Shown piece after piece: positions 63,425 through 64,000 of a stretch of DNA of 64,000 nt (within the stretch, counting starts at the first letter, position 1; every line of letters begins with the position of its first letter). The DNA lies in assembly GCF_963556105.3 (NCBI RefSeq), contig NZ_CAUVYG020000005.1, positions 79,707 through 143,706 of the forward strand. The letters are read 5' to 3'. The translations under genes and the position numbers were made by a program. Under the pieces are notes generated by a model, which saw only the letters and a program-made list of their open reading frames with translations, had not been told where the DNA came from and ran no database searches. Source of the stretch: an uncultured Tolumonas sp. (GTDB lineage Bacteria; Pseudomonadota; Gammaproteobacteria; Enterobacterales; Aeromonadaceae).

Positions 63425-64000
63425 TTAGCTTTTACGCGCGAACAGCAGATCCCACACGCCGTGACCGAGGCGATGACCACGCTGTTCAAATTTAGTCAGC
63501 GGGCGTGAATCTGGGCGTGGTGCATACACACCATCCGTTACCGTATTAGCAAACCCTTCCGCCACACTCATCACTTCCACCATATGCTCCGCATAGTTTT
63601 CCCAATCAGTCGCCATATGGAAGATGCCACCAATTTTCAACTTCGGGCGCAGCATTTGCACGAAAGCTGGCTGCACGATCCGGCGTTTATGGTGACGTGA
63701 TTTGTGCCAAGGATCAGGGAAAAACAGCTGCAATGTATCAATGCTTTGATCGGGGATCATCTGCCCCAACACTTCCACCGCATCGTGGCAGAACAGACGT
63801 AAATTGGTAATACCCGCTTCTTGCGCTGATGTTAAACAGGCACCAACACCCGGGCGATGCACTTCAATACCGATGAAATTTTTCTCAGGCGCTGCAGCGG
63901 CCATTTCTACCAGCGATTTACCCATGCCAAAACCGATTTCCAGCACAACTGGCGCTTCACGTCCAAACAGCTTGGCAAGATCTAACATTTCATCGCGGAA
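63425..64000 (-). CDS. trmB: tRNA (guanine-N7)-methyltransferase, 5'-truncated by the window edge
   Basis: [32 protein letters not shown]. Frame stays open to base 64000. Confidence 0.96.
   Translation of the reverse strand, partial: FRDEMLDLAKLFGREAPVVLEIGFGMGKSLVEMAAAAPEKNFIGIEVHRPGVGACLTSAQEAGITNLRLFCHDAVEVLGQMIPDQSIDTLQLFFPDPWHKSRHHKRRIVQPAFVQMLRPKLKIGGIFHMATDWENYAEHMVEVMSVAEGFANTVTDGVYAPRPDSRPLTKFEQRGHRLGHGVWDLLFARKS

Overview
64 kb of a gammaproteobacterial chromosome. Gene content and order suggest Aeromonadaceae, Tolumonas-like (inference, not database-checked). Most of it is core housekeeping: spoVR (partial), an AsrA-type Lon, glgX, carAB, dapB, fklB, glk-hexR-pykA, rimO, ybiT, prfB (programmed +1 frameshift)-lysS, recJ, xerD, fldB, yfiC, srmB, yaaA, pilUT, yggS-proC-yggT-yggU-rdgB-hemW and trmB (partial). 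Accessory parts: (1) a TetR-controlled tripartite MFS efflux locus; (2) a 12.5 kb co-oriented cyclic-dinucleotide signalling block (25823-38283) between pykA and rimO; (3) two dCache chemoreceptors between recJ and prfB; (4) a secreted DUF4140/DUF4139 protein where dsbC usually sits. The block encodes a transporter-less periplasmic binding protein, a hybrid kinase with Hpt, a REC-REC-PAS-PAS-degenerate GGDEF-EAL protein, a PAS-GGDEF-EAL, a PAS-GGDEF and a tandem HD/HD-GYP protein. It is the best candidate for an undescribed system. Two features the ORF track hides are an in-frame TAA that cuts a C-terminal REC domain off the EAL protein, and a 101-bp palindromic element with two CsrA-type GGA hairpins in the rimO 3' region. 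No rRNA, tRNA, CRISPR array, transposase or prophage was recognised. All assignments come from motif reading by eye; no searches were run.
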